In this document: piece after piece, positions 36,132 through 50,584 of the stretch
Numbering within the stretch: the stretch's first letter is position 1
How the letters are laid out: each line of letters begins with the position of its first letter
DNA from: Tubiluchus corallicola
Taxonomy: Eukaryota > Animalia > Priapulida
DNA length: 64,000 nucleotides
Reading direction: 5' to 3'
Assembly: GCA_030141605.1 (NCBI GenBank)
Contig: JAQGDQ010000280.1
Location: 233,321 to 297,320 of the forward strand
Made by a program: the position numbers and the translations under genes
The notes under the pieces: model-generated
Seen by the model: only the letters and a program-made list of their open reading frames with translations
Database searches by the model: none
What the model was told of the DNA's origin: nothing

Positions 36132-36409
36132 TGTTCTGTAAATTTTAGTTGTTTCTGTAATCTTGTGTGTTTTGTAAATTTTAGTTGTTTCTCTAATCTT
36201 GTGTAAAGACAGCCTCATGACAAGTCAGGCTAATAAATTATGTTATTATTATTACATTAATGCTAGGAGATTATGTTTTAGTAAAGCAGCAAAAGATCAA
36301 CGAATGAACACCTTCATTTAAACCGACAGCATACACAAACATAGGCTTGAAAGGTTCACAAACCACAGCCAAGAGATTGACATGCAGTAGAGAACTCAGA
36401 AGAGATGCA

Positions 36410-36953
36410 TCCCCAGTCAAGACATGAGCTCAACATGAGATCATAAAATGCTCATATTTGACTCATAAGTATGAGGTCATATGGTAGTCAAAATCATGAT
36501 GTCAGCTGAGCTCATAATCTATTAATGTGTATGAGCTCACAGAAACACATAATCATTAGGTCATAGTGAGCTCATAAAATGGTCATAATTATGATGTCAA
36601 ACTGAGCTCATTATCTACTCATATGTATGACCTCACAGAAATACATAATCATTAGGTCATAGTGAGCTCATAAAGTGGTCATAATTATGCCGTGAGACTG
36701 AGCTTATAATCTACTTGTGCGTATGATGTCACAAAAGCATCATGATCATGGGGTCATAGTGAGCTCATAAAATGGTAATAATTATGATGTCAAACTCAGC
36801 TCATAATTTACTCATGTGTATGACCTCATAGAAACATAATAATCATGAGGTCATAGTGAGCTCATAAAGTGGTCATAATTATGCCGTTAGACCGAGCTCA
36901 TAATCTACTCATGTGTATGACCTCATAGAAACATAATATATCATGAGGTCATA
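36410..36953. repeat. ~97-bp tandem repeat (mirror copy)
   Basis: Reverse complement of 33617..34160. Confidence 0.92.
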
Positions 36954-37614
36954 CTCTGCCAAAAAAACTGGATTTTTATGGATGGAGCAGAAATCGAATT
37001 CCGCTGGACATCGTCATAGACAAAAATTAAAATGTGCAGTTATCCAAACTCAAACTGTGCAGTTATCCAAACTCAAACTGGGCAATATACACAGTACAGA
37101 AATTTCATGGTATAAGAGGTGATGCAAATAATATTTACAATGAAATGAAACAATGTGTAGTTACTGCAGTACTTAAAACTCTATCTAACTTCTGTGATGT
37201 CATCGTTATGGTTATAAAATCTTTTGTTTATCAGATAACATGCTTCCATAATAACAGCATGTATAAATTTGGTGTAGCTGTGTAATGTAATGTGTTTGTG
37301 TATTTTTTGCAGAGAACTTGAAGCAGCGGACATACATCCTATCGGACATGAATTAATCGTCATGTACTGAGAAAGATGTATTAAAAACATTTCAGACACA
37401 AGATCTTGGAATGGCTGAAAACACGTCAAGAAAAAGAGAACGCAATACACAAGCACGCTATCTTCACGGTTAACATGGAAATGGGAAAACAGCGCGAAGT
37501 CTGTCCTTGCAAGGGATCTTGTAGGATGAAATTTACAATAAATCATGTGTCGCATTACCAGCATTCACTCCGATATATGTTTTGTGATTTCTTGTAATTT
37601 GTGATATATAACAG

Positions 37615-37728
37615 ACACATACACATATATATAACATATACGTATATATATACCCACACCCACACGCATATATATATACCCACACCCAAATGCATATATA
37701 TATATATATATATATATACCCACATCCA

Positions 37729-37760
<32 letters not shown>

Positions 37761-37919
37761 CAATATATACATATATATATATATATACCCACACCCACAC
37801 ACATATATATAATATATACATATATATATACCCACACCCACACACATATACATAATGTATACATATATATACCCACACCCACACACATATATATACCCAC
37901 ATCCACACACACATATATA

Positions 37920-37953
<34 letters not shown>

Positions 37954-38377
37954 CCACACCCATACACATATATATATACCCACACCCACATGCATATATA
38001 TATATATACCCACATCCACGCACACACATATATATATATATAATATATACATATATATATACCCACACCCACACACATGTATATATATATATATATATAT
38101 ACCCACATCCACGCACACACATATATATATATACCCACACCCACACACATATATATATATATACCCACATCCACGCACACACATATATATATATACCCAC
38201 ACCCATACACATATATACAACATATACATATATATATATACCCACATCCACACACACACATATATATATAATATATACAAATATATATATACCCACACCC
38301 ACACACAAATACATAATGTATACATATATATATACACACACACACACATATATATAATATATACATATATATACCCA
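37615..38377. repeat. Compound (TA)n/(CA)n minisatellite (mirror copy)
   Basis: Reverse complement of 32193..32955; all three spurious frame translations are identical between copies. Confidence 0.97.
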
Positions 38378-38478
38378 GATTGGAAACAGGAAGTACTATT
38401 ACTAATCTTGTAAATATGTCAGATGTAGAACAAGTTAATTCAGAACAATTGGATATATACTAAAATGCTGATGAGCAG

Positions 38479-39381
38479 TTGCCAAGAGCAATAAATAGTG
38501 TTACTGCAATTTGTGATGATCCAGATTTTGAATCTGAACAGCTTCAATATGCCATTGATGATTTACATGCCATTCTTGTCATTAATTGGTCCGTCAACGA
38601 GTTTAATTCCAGTAAGGAAGATTGGTGTAACTACCAGCAGCGGTTAGAAGCGTGGATGAGAGCGAATAATATTAATGACCAACAGAAGGTAGATGTTTTC
38701 TTGTCATTAATTGGTCCGGAAGCGTTTAGCTTAGTGTCCTCTCTTGTAACGCCAGATCCGGTGAATACAAAAACTTATGTGGAACTGATAAATAAATTAT
38801 CGGATTATTATAAACCACGCCGTAATAAGATAGCTGAGAGACTAAGACTTCGTGACAGAAAACAGCGTGAAGGTGAATCTATTGCGGAATATATTGTAGA
38901 ACTACAGAAATGCAGTATATATTGCGAATTTTCAGCTCAAGAGCTGTCTGACAACTTGCGTGACACTTTTGTGTGTAGGCTTCGCACTGGAGCAATACAA
39001 AAGAAATTATTGGAAAGTTCTGATTTAACGTGGAACACAGATAGGGAGATAGCATTAAATATGGAGGCAGCTACACAAGACACAAGTACACTTTGTGGCA
39101 GCGGATATGGTTCATCCGAGGTAAACTAAACTGGAAGAGGTAAAAATTTGAGAAAGAAATTGGTAAAACCTAGTTACCCAATGATTGTAAATAAACCGCA
39201 TGTTTCAAGTAAATGCGGTCGGTGTTTGGGTGCGCATGAGGCATGGAGGTGTGAGTTTAGGAACGCCAAATGTTATAAATGTTCAAAAATTGTGTGTATT
39301 GCAAAGGGGTGTAGAAGTGGACGTGCTCAAGGAAAAAGGGCACCTGGAAATACCAATATTGTTAATCCAGACAGTAATTAG
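38479..39381 (+). mobile_element. Ty3/Gypsy gag fragment (mirror copy)
   Basis: Same translation as 31189..32091. Confidence 0.9.
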
Positions 39382-40377
39382 TGCAGAGATAATGATTGTG
39401 CTGATGTGGTTCATGTTAGTTCCTTGTATAATCTTGGTACAGCTAAAAGTGCTACTACAAATGAGTACCAAGTGAGTGACATTGTGAACAGGAAGCCAGT
39501 TTAGTTGTCGCAATTCATTATAGTTATGTTCAGTTAATATGTTCAATTCAGTACATATTACTCTGGTTGTTTGATGGGTTTTCCCCAAATTACTTAACTG
39601 CGTAAATTTATATGGTTTGAGAGAATCAAACAAGTTAAATAATATCTAATTCTATGTAAGCTCACAGTGGTGTATTCATTGTGCATTGAAGTTGTATTGC
39701 ACATTTCAGAAGGCATCTTTTGTTAATTTTTCTTAAATGTGTTAACTTTATTTTGAAGCTAGTTTATATCTAGAGCGGAGGATCGTTATGTATTTATCCA
39801 TTTGTGATGTCTGATGAATAAATTATGTTTATCAGCAATGGCTGCTTTGTGTAGTTCACAGTAAATTTGACTGTGAATCAATGCAATTTAACTATAGTCA
39901 TATTATAATTGTACACTGGGCATCAGTTGTGTAGCAAAATTATTCGTTGTTGGGTTGTGTGCAATGACTGTTACGGTCATGTTATTTTCGTGTCTCACAA
40001 AATTACAGAATTGTGTGTTTTTTCCTGCGAATCCTTAGTATAAACTGGTATTAGCAGAATTGTAAAGTTACCAGGAAAACAATAGTGCCATCTATAATCA
40101 AATTACAGCAAGGCGTTATCATGTTTTCTGTAAAAAACTAAATATCTTTTGGTCACACATCGAGTTTTGGCGGGAAATTTGGTCATCTCTGCTGACGTGC
40201 TGTGCCTGGAACCAGCAAAACAAGATCATCACAACTATTCCGGCTAATTAGCTAATGATACGTCAGATACCAACGACGCGAGTCAGTCCAGTGCTACGTT
40301 AAACACCAGAAATAGTTTCCAATTCTGCAGGAAATCTAATGGGCTAGTCAAGCAAAGAAAAGTAATAGCAATTACCT

Positions 40378-42079
40378 GTGACAAATGCTATTCAAAACAT
40401 TCAGACTCCGATCACCCCGTCTACGCAAGCTCAAACGGAAAGTGATGTTGTTTTACCAAAAATCTCTGTATCTTGTAGAAGTTGGGGCAGCGAAGCTGAT
40501 TTAGCAAATGACGATTTACTGGGTTATTCTAGGGAGTTATCTTCAATAGCCTGCAGTATGATTAACCATGAGAAAAGTAACAAGAAGTTGATCGAAATTA
40601 TTCGTCTGCTGAACAACAGCGAAGATGATCTTCCACGAGAGGAACTCATGATCAGTAAAATCACAGACGCTGTATCACGTAACTTAGGTCAAGTTACAGC
40701 GAAAACCACGAGAAATACCAGCCAGCAAAGTGTGTCGCATTTGTACGACCCGGACAGAACAATACTCATTGAGAACGTTAATGATAAAGACATCGCAAAA
40801 ACTAGCATGTCTATAAAGAAGAACCTTAGCCACTGTTTCTCTAGAACTCGTTTTGATTAGCTTTCAGGACGGCAACTGGAAAAATCCAACTGCAACTTCC
40901 GGACATCGAAACAGCAAACGACATTCTTCAGAAATGGCAGCCATGTTTTCTAGGTGACAATACAAATGCGAGAAAACCTAAGAACCAATTCTGGGGTCTC
41001 CTACGAGATTGTGATCCCAGCATGACAGAGGATGAAGTCCTGCATGACGTCCAGCAATTTGATTGCGATGCAGCTATAGAACGTTTCAAGTTCAAAAGTG
41101 GTAAACCAACGACTCTTGTAAAAGTGAAATTCAGTAGTGCAGACATGTTGAATGAAGCCAAAAGGAAAGGAATAGCCATCGGTCACCTAATTTGTGGTGT
41201 GGAACAGTTTGTCACCAAGCCAAAACCGCTACGCTGCTTCAAGTGCCAAAATTTTGGTCACGTCTCAAAATGGTGTAACAGAACTGTGATGTGCGGTATC
41301 TGCTCTTGCAAGCACAATACATCAGACTGTGACTCCAACGAAAAGAAGTGCTCCAATTGCAAGGGGGCACCACGAGGCCAGAAGCAAAACCTGCCCGAAG
41401 TACCAAGCATAGGTGAAATGATTATCTGGTAATAACGTTCAATAACTACTATGATCACTAATAATCAAAATGATAATTGTTCAATATGTTTTAATAAGGT
41501 ACAGAATAATCACAAAGGTATGTTATGTAGCATTTGTGGAGATTGGCACACTTGGTTTGTGCTAATCTAACGGCAGAGCAAGACAGTGTTTTAACTAGTG
41601 TAGATTCGTGGTAATGTACAAACTGTCTTGCAGATATATTGCCCTTCAATAATATAGAAAATGAAATGCAATTCAAAAATGCTATTGACCTGATCGATTT
41701 ACCCGATTCAGTTACATTACAACTTAATGGATTACATCTAAATCCATTTGATCATAATGAAAGATTATTGTCTTCACAATATGCAGATTTAGATCCAGAC
41801 CTAAACTTCTATAACAGAATTGGTAGATTAAAGCGTGACTATACCACAGATATCAACCTAAATACTTCTAAAATAAAATCTAACACAAACACGAACACCA
41901 GGGATACTCAGCTTTCGATATTCGATCGTAACTGTAGAAGCATGTCAAAGAACTTTTGTCACATAATTTACTGTCCACGTTGAATGGTTTTACAGAAACC
42001 TGGCTTAATGATCAGAATAAAGATGAATTCTCAATAAAGCATTATAATCACTACTCAAAAACCAGCAAACAGAGAACAG
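40378..42079 (+). mobile_element. LINE ORF1 (3xCCHC) plus PHD/endonuclease start (mirror copy)
   Basis: Same translations as 28491..30192; probable ORF2 ATG at 41451 (MITNNQNDNCSIC). Confidence 0.85.
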
Positions 42080-43279
42080 TGTGACAGCTCAATACAATAG
42101 TGTTCTCATTTTATCGTACTAATTAAATTTCTACAATTAGGTTTGCTAAGTTAAGCGGAGTAGTGCCAATAAGTTTAATTTTGTAGTGCTAAGTGAAAAT
42201 TTTATTTTGTTTATCTATGTAATTATTATCTCTCAGGCTAGTATAGTAGTGACATCTACTGCCAACTTTGTTTATCAAAGAAAGAAACCAGGGACATGAA
42301 TTGACAGGTGTACTTCCTTATTTGGAAAGTTTGACCACCAATCCTGAGTGATGATAAATAGGACATTCACAGCTGCTACTCTTTATAACCTGTTTGATTG
42401 GTCAGATTTAGGTGATGAGCCAACCTTTACATGATATGCAGCCATTCAGCTTAGAGCAAACAGGTTTTACCTGGGAAAACGAGATCACAGAGCAGGGTGT
42501 GAAAAGTGTGGCTTTGCAATATGGTTACTCTACTTGAGTTTTATCAATTCTTGGTTTAAAGGATAATATTGCATTTATTAATGGCATTTCCTAAGCAGAA
42601 ACAGAGTACTTTTACAATGGTTAGTCTCAGTCTTTGTGATCCCGGGCTCTCCATCATTTAGGAAGCCCCTAGAGACTTTGTCACTTATGGTGGAGGAGAC
42701 CAGGTCGTGAAATGGACTATTGGTAGTTCTCAGAGAACCAGCCTGTGGTCAGTCTTCCTGTCAGTGTCTTCAGATACGCCGGACTTGATACAGCGCATTC
42801 CTCAGTTGATGGAGTTAATGCCACGCCTGCTGTCACCTAATTGTCTGACCCTGAAGTTACCGTTTGGGAAGCCTGCCGTCAGAGTGTTCCAGTACACGCC
42901 GCCGTCGACAGCGACAGTGACGAGGTTAAGCTAGCTAGCCAACGTGTGCACAGAGACTCACGATAAGTACAGTTTATGGTGTTTGTGGTACAACTTAAAA
43001 ATCTCGCGTAAAAATTAAAGACAGTAGCTAAACTATAATTTGTAGTATATATTTGTTTACTATTTCTCAAATGTGTTTTTCTTATGTTGAAATAATATTG
43101 AGTTTATAGCTAATTGGTCGTTTGTCTATCTGTTCTGATAATGTTAGATTCTCACGTTAAGGAAGCTCGCCAGGGACCCACAGCCTTAGATCAAATAAAA
43201 CTTGCTGTTTCTTTAAGTATTTATGGTGTGTTAGCACCAGTGTTGTAGTGATAATCTTGCCATCCTGACATAAACACAT

Positions 43280-46257
43280 TTACAGCATTTTAGGCCAAAC
43301 GGATTATCACAAACAGGTGGTGGAGGGGTTTCCCTGTATATAAAGGATGATTTAAACAGTAAACCTCGTAATGACTTAGACTGTTTCCATGAACAAACCT
43401 GTGAATCACTGATTGTTGAAATTACCCAAGAAGTTACAAAAAATATTTTAGTTGGAGTGTTATACAGGCCTCCGGGTACCAGTATCCCAGTATTTCTTGA
43501 TGGTTTAGATAACCTTCTCTCTAAAATAATTGATGAAAACAAGCACATCTTTATCTGCGGCGATTTCAACTTAAACTTGCTTAACTGTGACTCGCACGAA
43601 GGAACTGAATCTTTTCTCAATTGCCTACTTAGTCATTCATTGTATCCCATAATCACCAAACCAACAAGAATTACTACTTACTCAGCAACTTTAATCGATA
43701 ACATATTTACAAACTGTGTGTCAAATGACAATCTAAACTAGGGCATTCTCTACAGTGATATGTCTGACCATTTTCCTATTTATTCAGTAACTAGCTTAAA
43801 AGAGGCACTTCATTCAAAACCAATAGTTTCAAAATTTAGAATCTTTAATGATAGCACCATCGCAGACTTCAAGTCCAAACTAGCATCCCATGACTGGTCC
43901 CAAATCTTTTGCATACAAAACCCTGACTCGGCATTTCAATCCTTCTTTAAAGATTACTACAATATTTACAATGATAGCTTTCCACTAGTCACAAAAATAG
44001 TAAAGCCACGGACGTTAAATAAACCTTGGCTAACAAGCGGCTTGATACACTCAATTAAACACAAAAATAAATTATATAAGCTAAAATTAAAAAACCCTAC
44101 TGATCTGAACATTGACCATTATAAAACTTATAGAAATAACCTAACGTCAATACTAAGAAAAGCCGAAAAAGATTATTATGCCAATACAATTAAAAGTAAT
44201 ATGAATAACATGAGAAAAACGTGGAAAATCATAAATTTAGCTATTAATAAAAAAGATACTTCTCATATAGAACAGTCACATTTCAAAAAATCACATCATA
44301 ACCCAATGACATCAAAAGAAATATCGGATGGCTTTAATAACTATTTTGTAGATGTAGGATCAACTCTAGCAGGAAAAATTCCAACTACAAATACATCATA
44401 TTTTTCATACTTACCAAATGCATGTAGGAATTCAATGCAGTTGCTTCCAAATGACAAAACGGAGCTATTAAATGTGGCAAATAATTTAAAAAAAAACAGT
44501 ACAGGGTATGATGATCAATCACAAATTATCCTTAAAAAATCCATCAACTGTATTGCTGAAGCTCTACTTTATATGTTTAACAAGTCATTTTCAACAGGTA
44601 TAGTCCCAGACTCTCTGAAAATAGCTAAGGTTAATCAAATTTTTAAAACTGGTGATAAGTCCCAGTTTCAAAATTATAGACCCATTTCAATTCTTCCCTG
44701 TTTTTCCAAAATTCTTGAAAGACTAATGTATAATAGACTACTAAGTTTCATTAAAAAAACAATATATTATATAACAAACAACTAGGCTTTAGACAAAACC
44801 ACTCCACTTACATTGCTCTACTTGAACTTCTTGATTTAATATCAAATGCAATTGACAATAATGAATTTACAATAGGTATTTTTATTGATTTATCTAAGGC
44901 CTTTGATACTATTGACCATCAAATACTCTTAGATAAATTAAACAACTATGGTGTCAGAGGTCTACCTTTACAGTGGTTTACAAGTTATTACACAACAGAA
45001 AACAATCCGTACTAATTGAAAACACATTTTCTTCTTTGAAGCAAATCAATTATGGTGTCCCCCAAGGCTCAATCTTAGGTCCATTGCTTTTTCTTCTCTA
45101 TATTAATGATCTCCACAATGTCTCCACTCTGCTAGACTTCATTTTATTTGCCGATGATACTAACATATTCTATAATCACTCAAACTATGAATCAATGATA
45201 AACACTGTAAACCAAGAACTTGTACACCTCTCCACCTGGTTTAAAGCTAATAAGTTATCACTGAATATTGAAAAAACCAAATTCATTGTATTCACAAATA
45301 AAAATAAAAGAATGCCTAGAAATCTCGCGGTTAAAATCGATGAAGTCCCAATAGATCAAGTAAAATATACTAAGTTCTTTGGCATCATCATAGATGAACA
45401 CCTAACTTGGCAAGAACATCTTAGATTTATCGAAAGCAAAATCTCAAAAACCATAGGTATTATATACAGAGTTAGACACATATTGCCTAAATCAGTACTT
45501 GTATTATTATATAATTATCTTTTTTACCATATCTTATTAATTCAAACTTTAGTTGGGGAAGCACATACACCAGTCGAGTGAAAAAAATTCATCTGATTCA
45601 GAAGAAAATAGTTCGAGCTATAACATTTGCCGGTTATCAGGACCATACACCGCCAATATTTAAAAGACTACACTTTTTAAACATTCATGACATTAATAAG
45701 TTCCAAACAGCCATTTTCATGTACAAATTCTCTCATAAATTATTGCCTCCCTTATTTACTGATTATTTTTGTTTGAATTCTGAGATACATAATTACGGCA
45801 CACGTTATAGACTTAACTATCACTACATACAGTGCAACACAAATGGTAGAAAATTTTCTATTAAATGCAATGGCCCTTACATATGGAATTCAATTGCTCC
45901 AGCTATTAAAAATGCCAACTTGCTGTCCATATTTAAAAAAAATTATAAATTAAACTTACTTGAAACATATAACTGATCACTCAATCATGATTTGTTGTTT
46001 TTCATTTTCAAAAACTTCCCCTCTAGTATAATAATATTTTTATTACTTCCCACCCATATTTATATTTGTATATATTGTAATTTTTTTCGTCACTAATTCT
46101 AGTAGCCTACCATAAGCTAGCTTCTTAGGTCTCTAGCGCAGAATTCATGAACTGTATCATATTTTTGTATTAACAAAAACTGATTATCGTTGCACATGTA
46201 ATGTATATGTTTATTGCGAAATAAATCTATAAAAATCTAAAAAAAAATCTAAAATCT
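43280..46257 (+). mobile_element. CR1/L2-group LINE ORF2 plus tail (mirror copy)
   Basis: ORFs 43457..43741, 43760..44785, 44973..45581 and 45578..45976 match the left copy except N/D, E/D and I/M changes. Confidence 0.93.
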
Positions 46258-48603
46258 GAAGCATAACTTGTAAAAGCACAAGGCTGTTTCTAGTCATTTT
46301 TGTATATATTTCAAATTATTTTGATTTGTCAGAAAAAAATGAATATGTTTCAATAATTATAATGTACAGGATGTAGTTTAAACTGTTGAAGTAATGTGGC
46401 CATATTCACTGTTGCTTTGATTCTGCTGGTTGTGTGCATAAGTATGATTTTGTAAATGCCAACAGCTGTTTTATTGTGCCACTTTGTTTTCTACAATAAT
46501 CAGTGCGACATTTTTCAAAATTAATTTAATTAGTTTTACATTCGAGATTATTTCTATTGAAATTTGTATAAAGTTTCTTTTCAGTTAAACTACCTACAAT
46601 CTATCAACTTTTAGCATTAAATAACAAATTAAAAAACTGGACTGGACATGACCATTCGGAAAGTTTCTCACATTCAAAAGACATATTCGCACTCATATTC
46701 AGACTGGCCTCTTGGAGAAAATTTATGTCACTACAATGTACAATAAAGATTAATGCTTTAATAGTTGGTAACAAATTTTGTGGTATCTATAGGCTCAATT
46801 TTTTATATTGTTCAATGTCGAACCAAATTTAAAGTGGATCCCACTGGTGATCCAACAGAAAAACCAACCAACAACCAACAACCAAAAAACCCACCAACTG
46901 GTAAAAGGGTGGGACATGGGCAAGTTCCACCAGTGAACTACTAAGTGTTTTGCCAGTCAAAAAGGCGCTGGCCCATCAGAAATTTCCAATGATGTCAACT
47001 ATGTTGGGCCAGTGGCTGCGTGATATCTGGGCTAGACACTAAATTCCAGGCATTACAGGTAATACACGGATCTCCCTCTAGCCTTAAATGCTGGACACGG
47101 ATAATACACAAAAGATCTGTTTAATTCAATTTGTTTTTTGATATTCCAGTTTTATCAAACGTTGGGTTTAACCTGATAGCTTTTCGTATGAACAGCATGC
47201 AATATATCTGTTACATCTACATAAATGAAGATATAATATCATATCAAAATTTCTGATATATATTCTTATGGATGAATTTTGAATATAATGCATATAATTT
47301 AGGAATCATGTAAAATGCACTACCCACCCCATTCATCTTGGTACCTTCTGGCCAAGTTTTCACGTCCAGACTTGCAGAGGCAAAAAGGGTGAGACACCCT
47401 AAACAATTTAATCACTCTGTACTATAAGTATAGCGACACATGTATAATAAAGGCGAGTTGGCAGACACGACACGCCTATTCACGTCAATCTCCAAAAAAT
47501 TGCTTTTCTTCTCATTCAACATGACACGCCAATGCACAAGAATGCCAATAGACTTGAGTGACTAAACGATTTGTTTCTCTTTTTTATTATTATATCTAAA
47601 ATTACGATTTTTGTAAGATTTAAAACTTGGTCACAATGAACGAGTTGCACGTTCCCCAGACACCACTAGTCCATAAAATGACAAAAATATTTGGGATGTG
47701 ATTTCCAGTCAACGCGACGACCATCACGCAGGCTGCAGTGACAGTATGTTTGCAAACCAAATATGACTAATAAACTTTTTTGTTAAATTACCTCTAACCA
47801 CTTAGTAAAAGAAAACACAGAGTTAAATGTTCAATTTTGAACTATTGCAGCAAGTGTCTTTGTACAGGTTAACTTGAAAACTAAGAGCTACATGATTTTA
47901 TCTCCAATCACTTCCAAAATTCACCTGCATAATAGAATATAGGAAGAACGGGGCAAGGCACCAACAAGTTGACTGGTGGTAAATTTTATTATTAATCTAA
48001 GTGAATATTTTAGCATATAATTATGATCTCTAAAGCTGCCGTCCTGTCTATATTACCTAAAATATGCTAAGATTGTAACGATTTATTTGATAATGTTTCA
48101 TTGAATCAATCTACTTTTCAAATGAACTCCATTAATGTACTCTCGTACGTCATGTACGTTGTATTAAAATAGCACACTTATTGTATTATTGTATTTGATT
48201 TAGTGATAATATAATAGTTTTTCGAGTGTATTATCCCGGTTTATTATTCCAGTATACTTATATAGTTATTAAAATTTATTATTTTTAGTTTCTTTGAAAA
48301 AAATTGATATATTCTACGAAACGTCATGCCACGTAAGCCTGCTCTGATACATCGTAACGACTGACATGGCAATAGAAAGGAATGAACTGTCTTATAATGA
48401 GAAGCTATTACAAATATCTAATAAACATTATCGACAAGTACATCATGTTCCGTTTTTACAAACAATTTATCAGTTTGAAAACTACAAACTGCTGCTTCAC
48501 TATTTTCCACATTACTTGTTGCAACATTATATTCAAGTTGTACTGGCACATTGTTAATTTCTACATTATCTTCTCTCATTTTACTATTAGAGCAAACCAT
48601 TGC

Positions 48604-48723
48604 CACTATGGCCAAATCACGTTGAAAACACCGGTTCTCGTCTGATCACTGAAGTTAAGCAACGTAGAGCCTGGTTAGTACTTGGATGGGTGGCTGACTA
48701 CGAATACCAGGTGCTGTAGGCTT
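48604..48723 (+). pseudogene. 5S rRNA-derived sequence (SINE head)
   Basis: ctatggccaaatcacgttgaaaacaccggttctcgtctgatcactgaagttaagcaacgtagagcctggttagtacttggatgggtggctgactacgaataccaggtgctgtaggctt matches the metazoan 5S consensus over ~120 nt; altered after GGATGGG. Confidence 0.9.
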
Positions 48724-49108
48724 GCGGGATGCCCACACTGTATCTCAACACTAGGCGGAGGAGCTGCACAAGCAGTCAACGGCTAGAGGGCGGAGGCGGT
48801 CAAGTGACCTAACGGCCATGTGTAGAGGAGTAAACCTTCCAAATCAGGAGTGGAGCCCCGAAGGCGGACCAGTGCAGCATGCTCACTGACTCCGGCACCT
48901 CCTGCAGCCAACCTGGTGTCAAACGTATCGCTCCGCTTTCCTTTAGACTACACCAGGGAGGAAGAGAGGGGGTTCCTGTTGTCTGGGCAACTCAGGATCT
49001 CCATACACCTTGCCCAGGCGTGCGCCCTGGAGACGTTCAAGGATCGGACTCTCTTGGCGCACATTCAATTGTCTTCCGAGACAGAAGGATGCCAATAACA
49101 ACAACAAT
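48604..49108 (+). mobile_element. 5S rRNA-derived SINE (SINE3) with RTE-like body/tail (mirror copy)
   Basis: TSD ccattgccac at 48597-48606 and 49109-49118; 3' end tcaaggatcggactc...attgtcttccgagacagaaggatgcc followed by aataacaacaacaa. Confidence 0.85.
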
Positions 49109-50584
49109 CCATTGCCACATTTACTACACTTAGATTCAAGCTTCAAGATAACTGTTTTTGCATCCCGAACACTTGTGAGATGCACTAATCGAGTGTTTTT
49201 CAGATAAGCATGGCTATTTATTTTTTTGTTAATTATTTTCAACTAAACAGTTGCATGGACGTATAGCGAGTTTGCTAACCTGCCAATCTCAAGAATCTAA
49301 GAAGGAGACTTCTAAAAGCATTTTAAGTATCTGACCAGAGACATAATACAGACAGCCTCACCAACCTTGTCAGAAGATATGTATGACCAAACTGAGGAAA
49401 GTGGTAGCAGATGTTCTTTTGACAATCTGAGGTACCTGGTCAGAAGAAATCTGCAGGCTACTCATCATCTGGCAAGATGACATCCACAAGCAATCTAAAA
49501 CATTTACTATTATACCTCAAGTCTAAATACATCCACATCCAATCGAAATCATCTGTTAATATAAACAGACAAACTGAAATATTTAACCAGAACTCATCTA
49601 GAGCAATCTCAAACATCTGGTGAGATGAAATCTACTGTGCATCCCAAGTGTCTAACAGGAAGACTTTTACAGGCAATGTTAGTTATCTGAATAGAGACAT
49701 ATACATACAACCTCAACTGTTTTGTCAAAAGATATATATGGCCAAACTGAAGCATTGAATTGAAAAAGCTTTTATTGTCAATCACAATTACTTGATCAAA
49801 AGGAAACTTAAGGCAACTTCACTACCTGACAAGAAGACATTACTGGTAACCTCAGCCATCTGGTAAGATGTCGTCTACAGACAACTTCAATAATCTTCTA
49901 ATATCTCAACTATTTAGTTATAAGGCATCTACACTCAATCCCAATCATGTGTTAAGATGTACAGACAGAGAAAATTCAGAAAGTGAGTATAACTCTTTAA
50001 TGTGCAACGTTTAGTTGAATAATAAAATCATGTTAGTGAATTGCTGTTGATAAAAATGCAAGGAGATTCAATGACAATACAATTTTTTCTTTAACATACA
50101 ATCAATCCTAAAAACTTAGTGCCAATAATAAAATTTAAGTAATTAGTCGAGTAAGTACCGCAAATACTTGCTAGAGAATTACTTGATGTTAAGCTGTTAA
50201 TTATTAGTAGATAAAACAAAAGAAAAGCAAAAAAAAGAAATGTGGTTTGTGATCAAGAATGGATTATTCTCTAAGCGCTGAGCAGTAAAAACAGCACAGG
50301 AAAAAATGTCATATAGGAAAAAATAACACAGGAAAAAATGGCACAAATAGTAGGTACCCAGGATGCACACAGTAGGAAGCAGAACTCTGCCAAGACCAAA
50401 CTATCCTAATTTGCTATTCGCCTGATTCTTTTGATTAAAAAAATTAACACAAAGATGGACAAACAAACATGCAAAAATGCACACGATTGTATTGAAACTA
50501 TATAGCCTGTAGCGATGCTCTGTCTCATCGCACAACCTTGAGAGCTACTGTGGAGAGCATGCTAATTAGACGATTAATTTTTAC

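Noticed and set aside
36088-36140. Possible minus-strand micro-exon NMKWKFERTKHIDA resembling a TRP-box (EWKFAR), bounded by AG and GTAAG
   Set aside because: Only 14 codons, no polypyrimidine tract, no neighbouring exons, and the acceptor lies in the arm's tandem duplication; likely chance.
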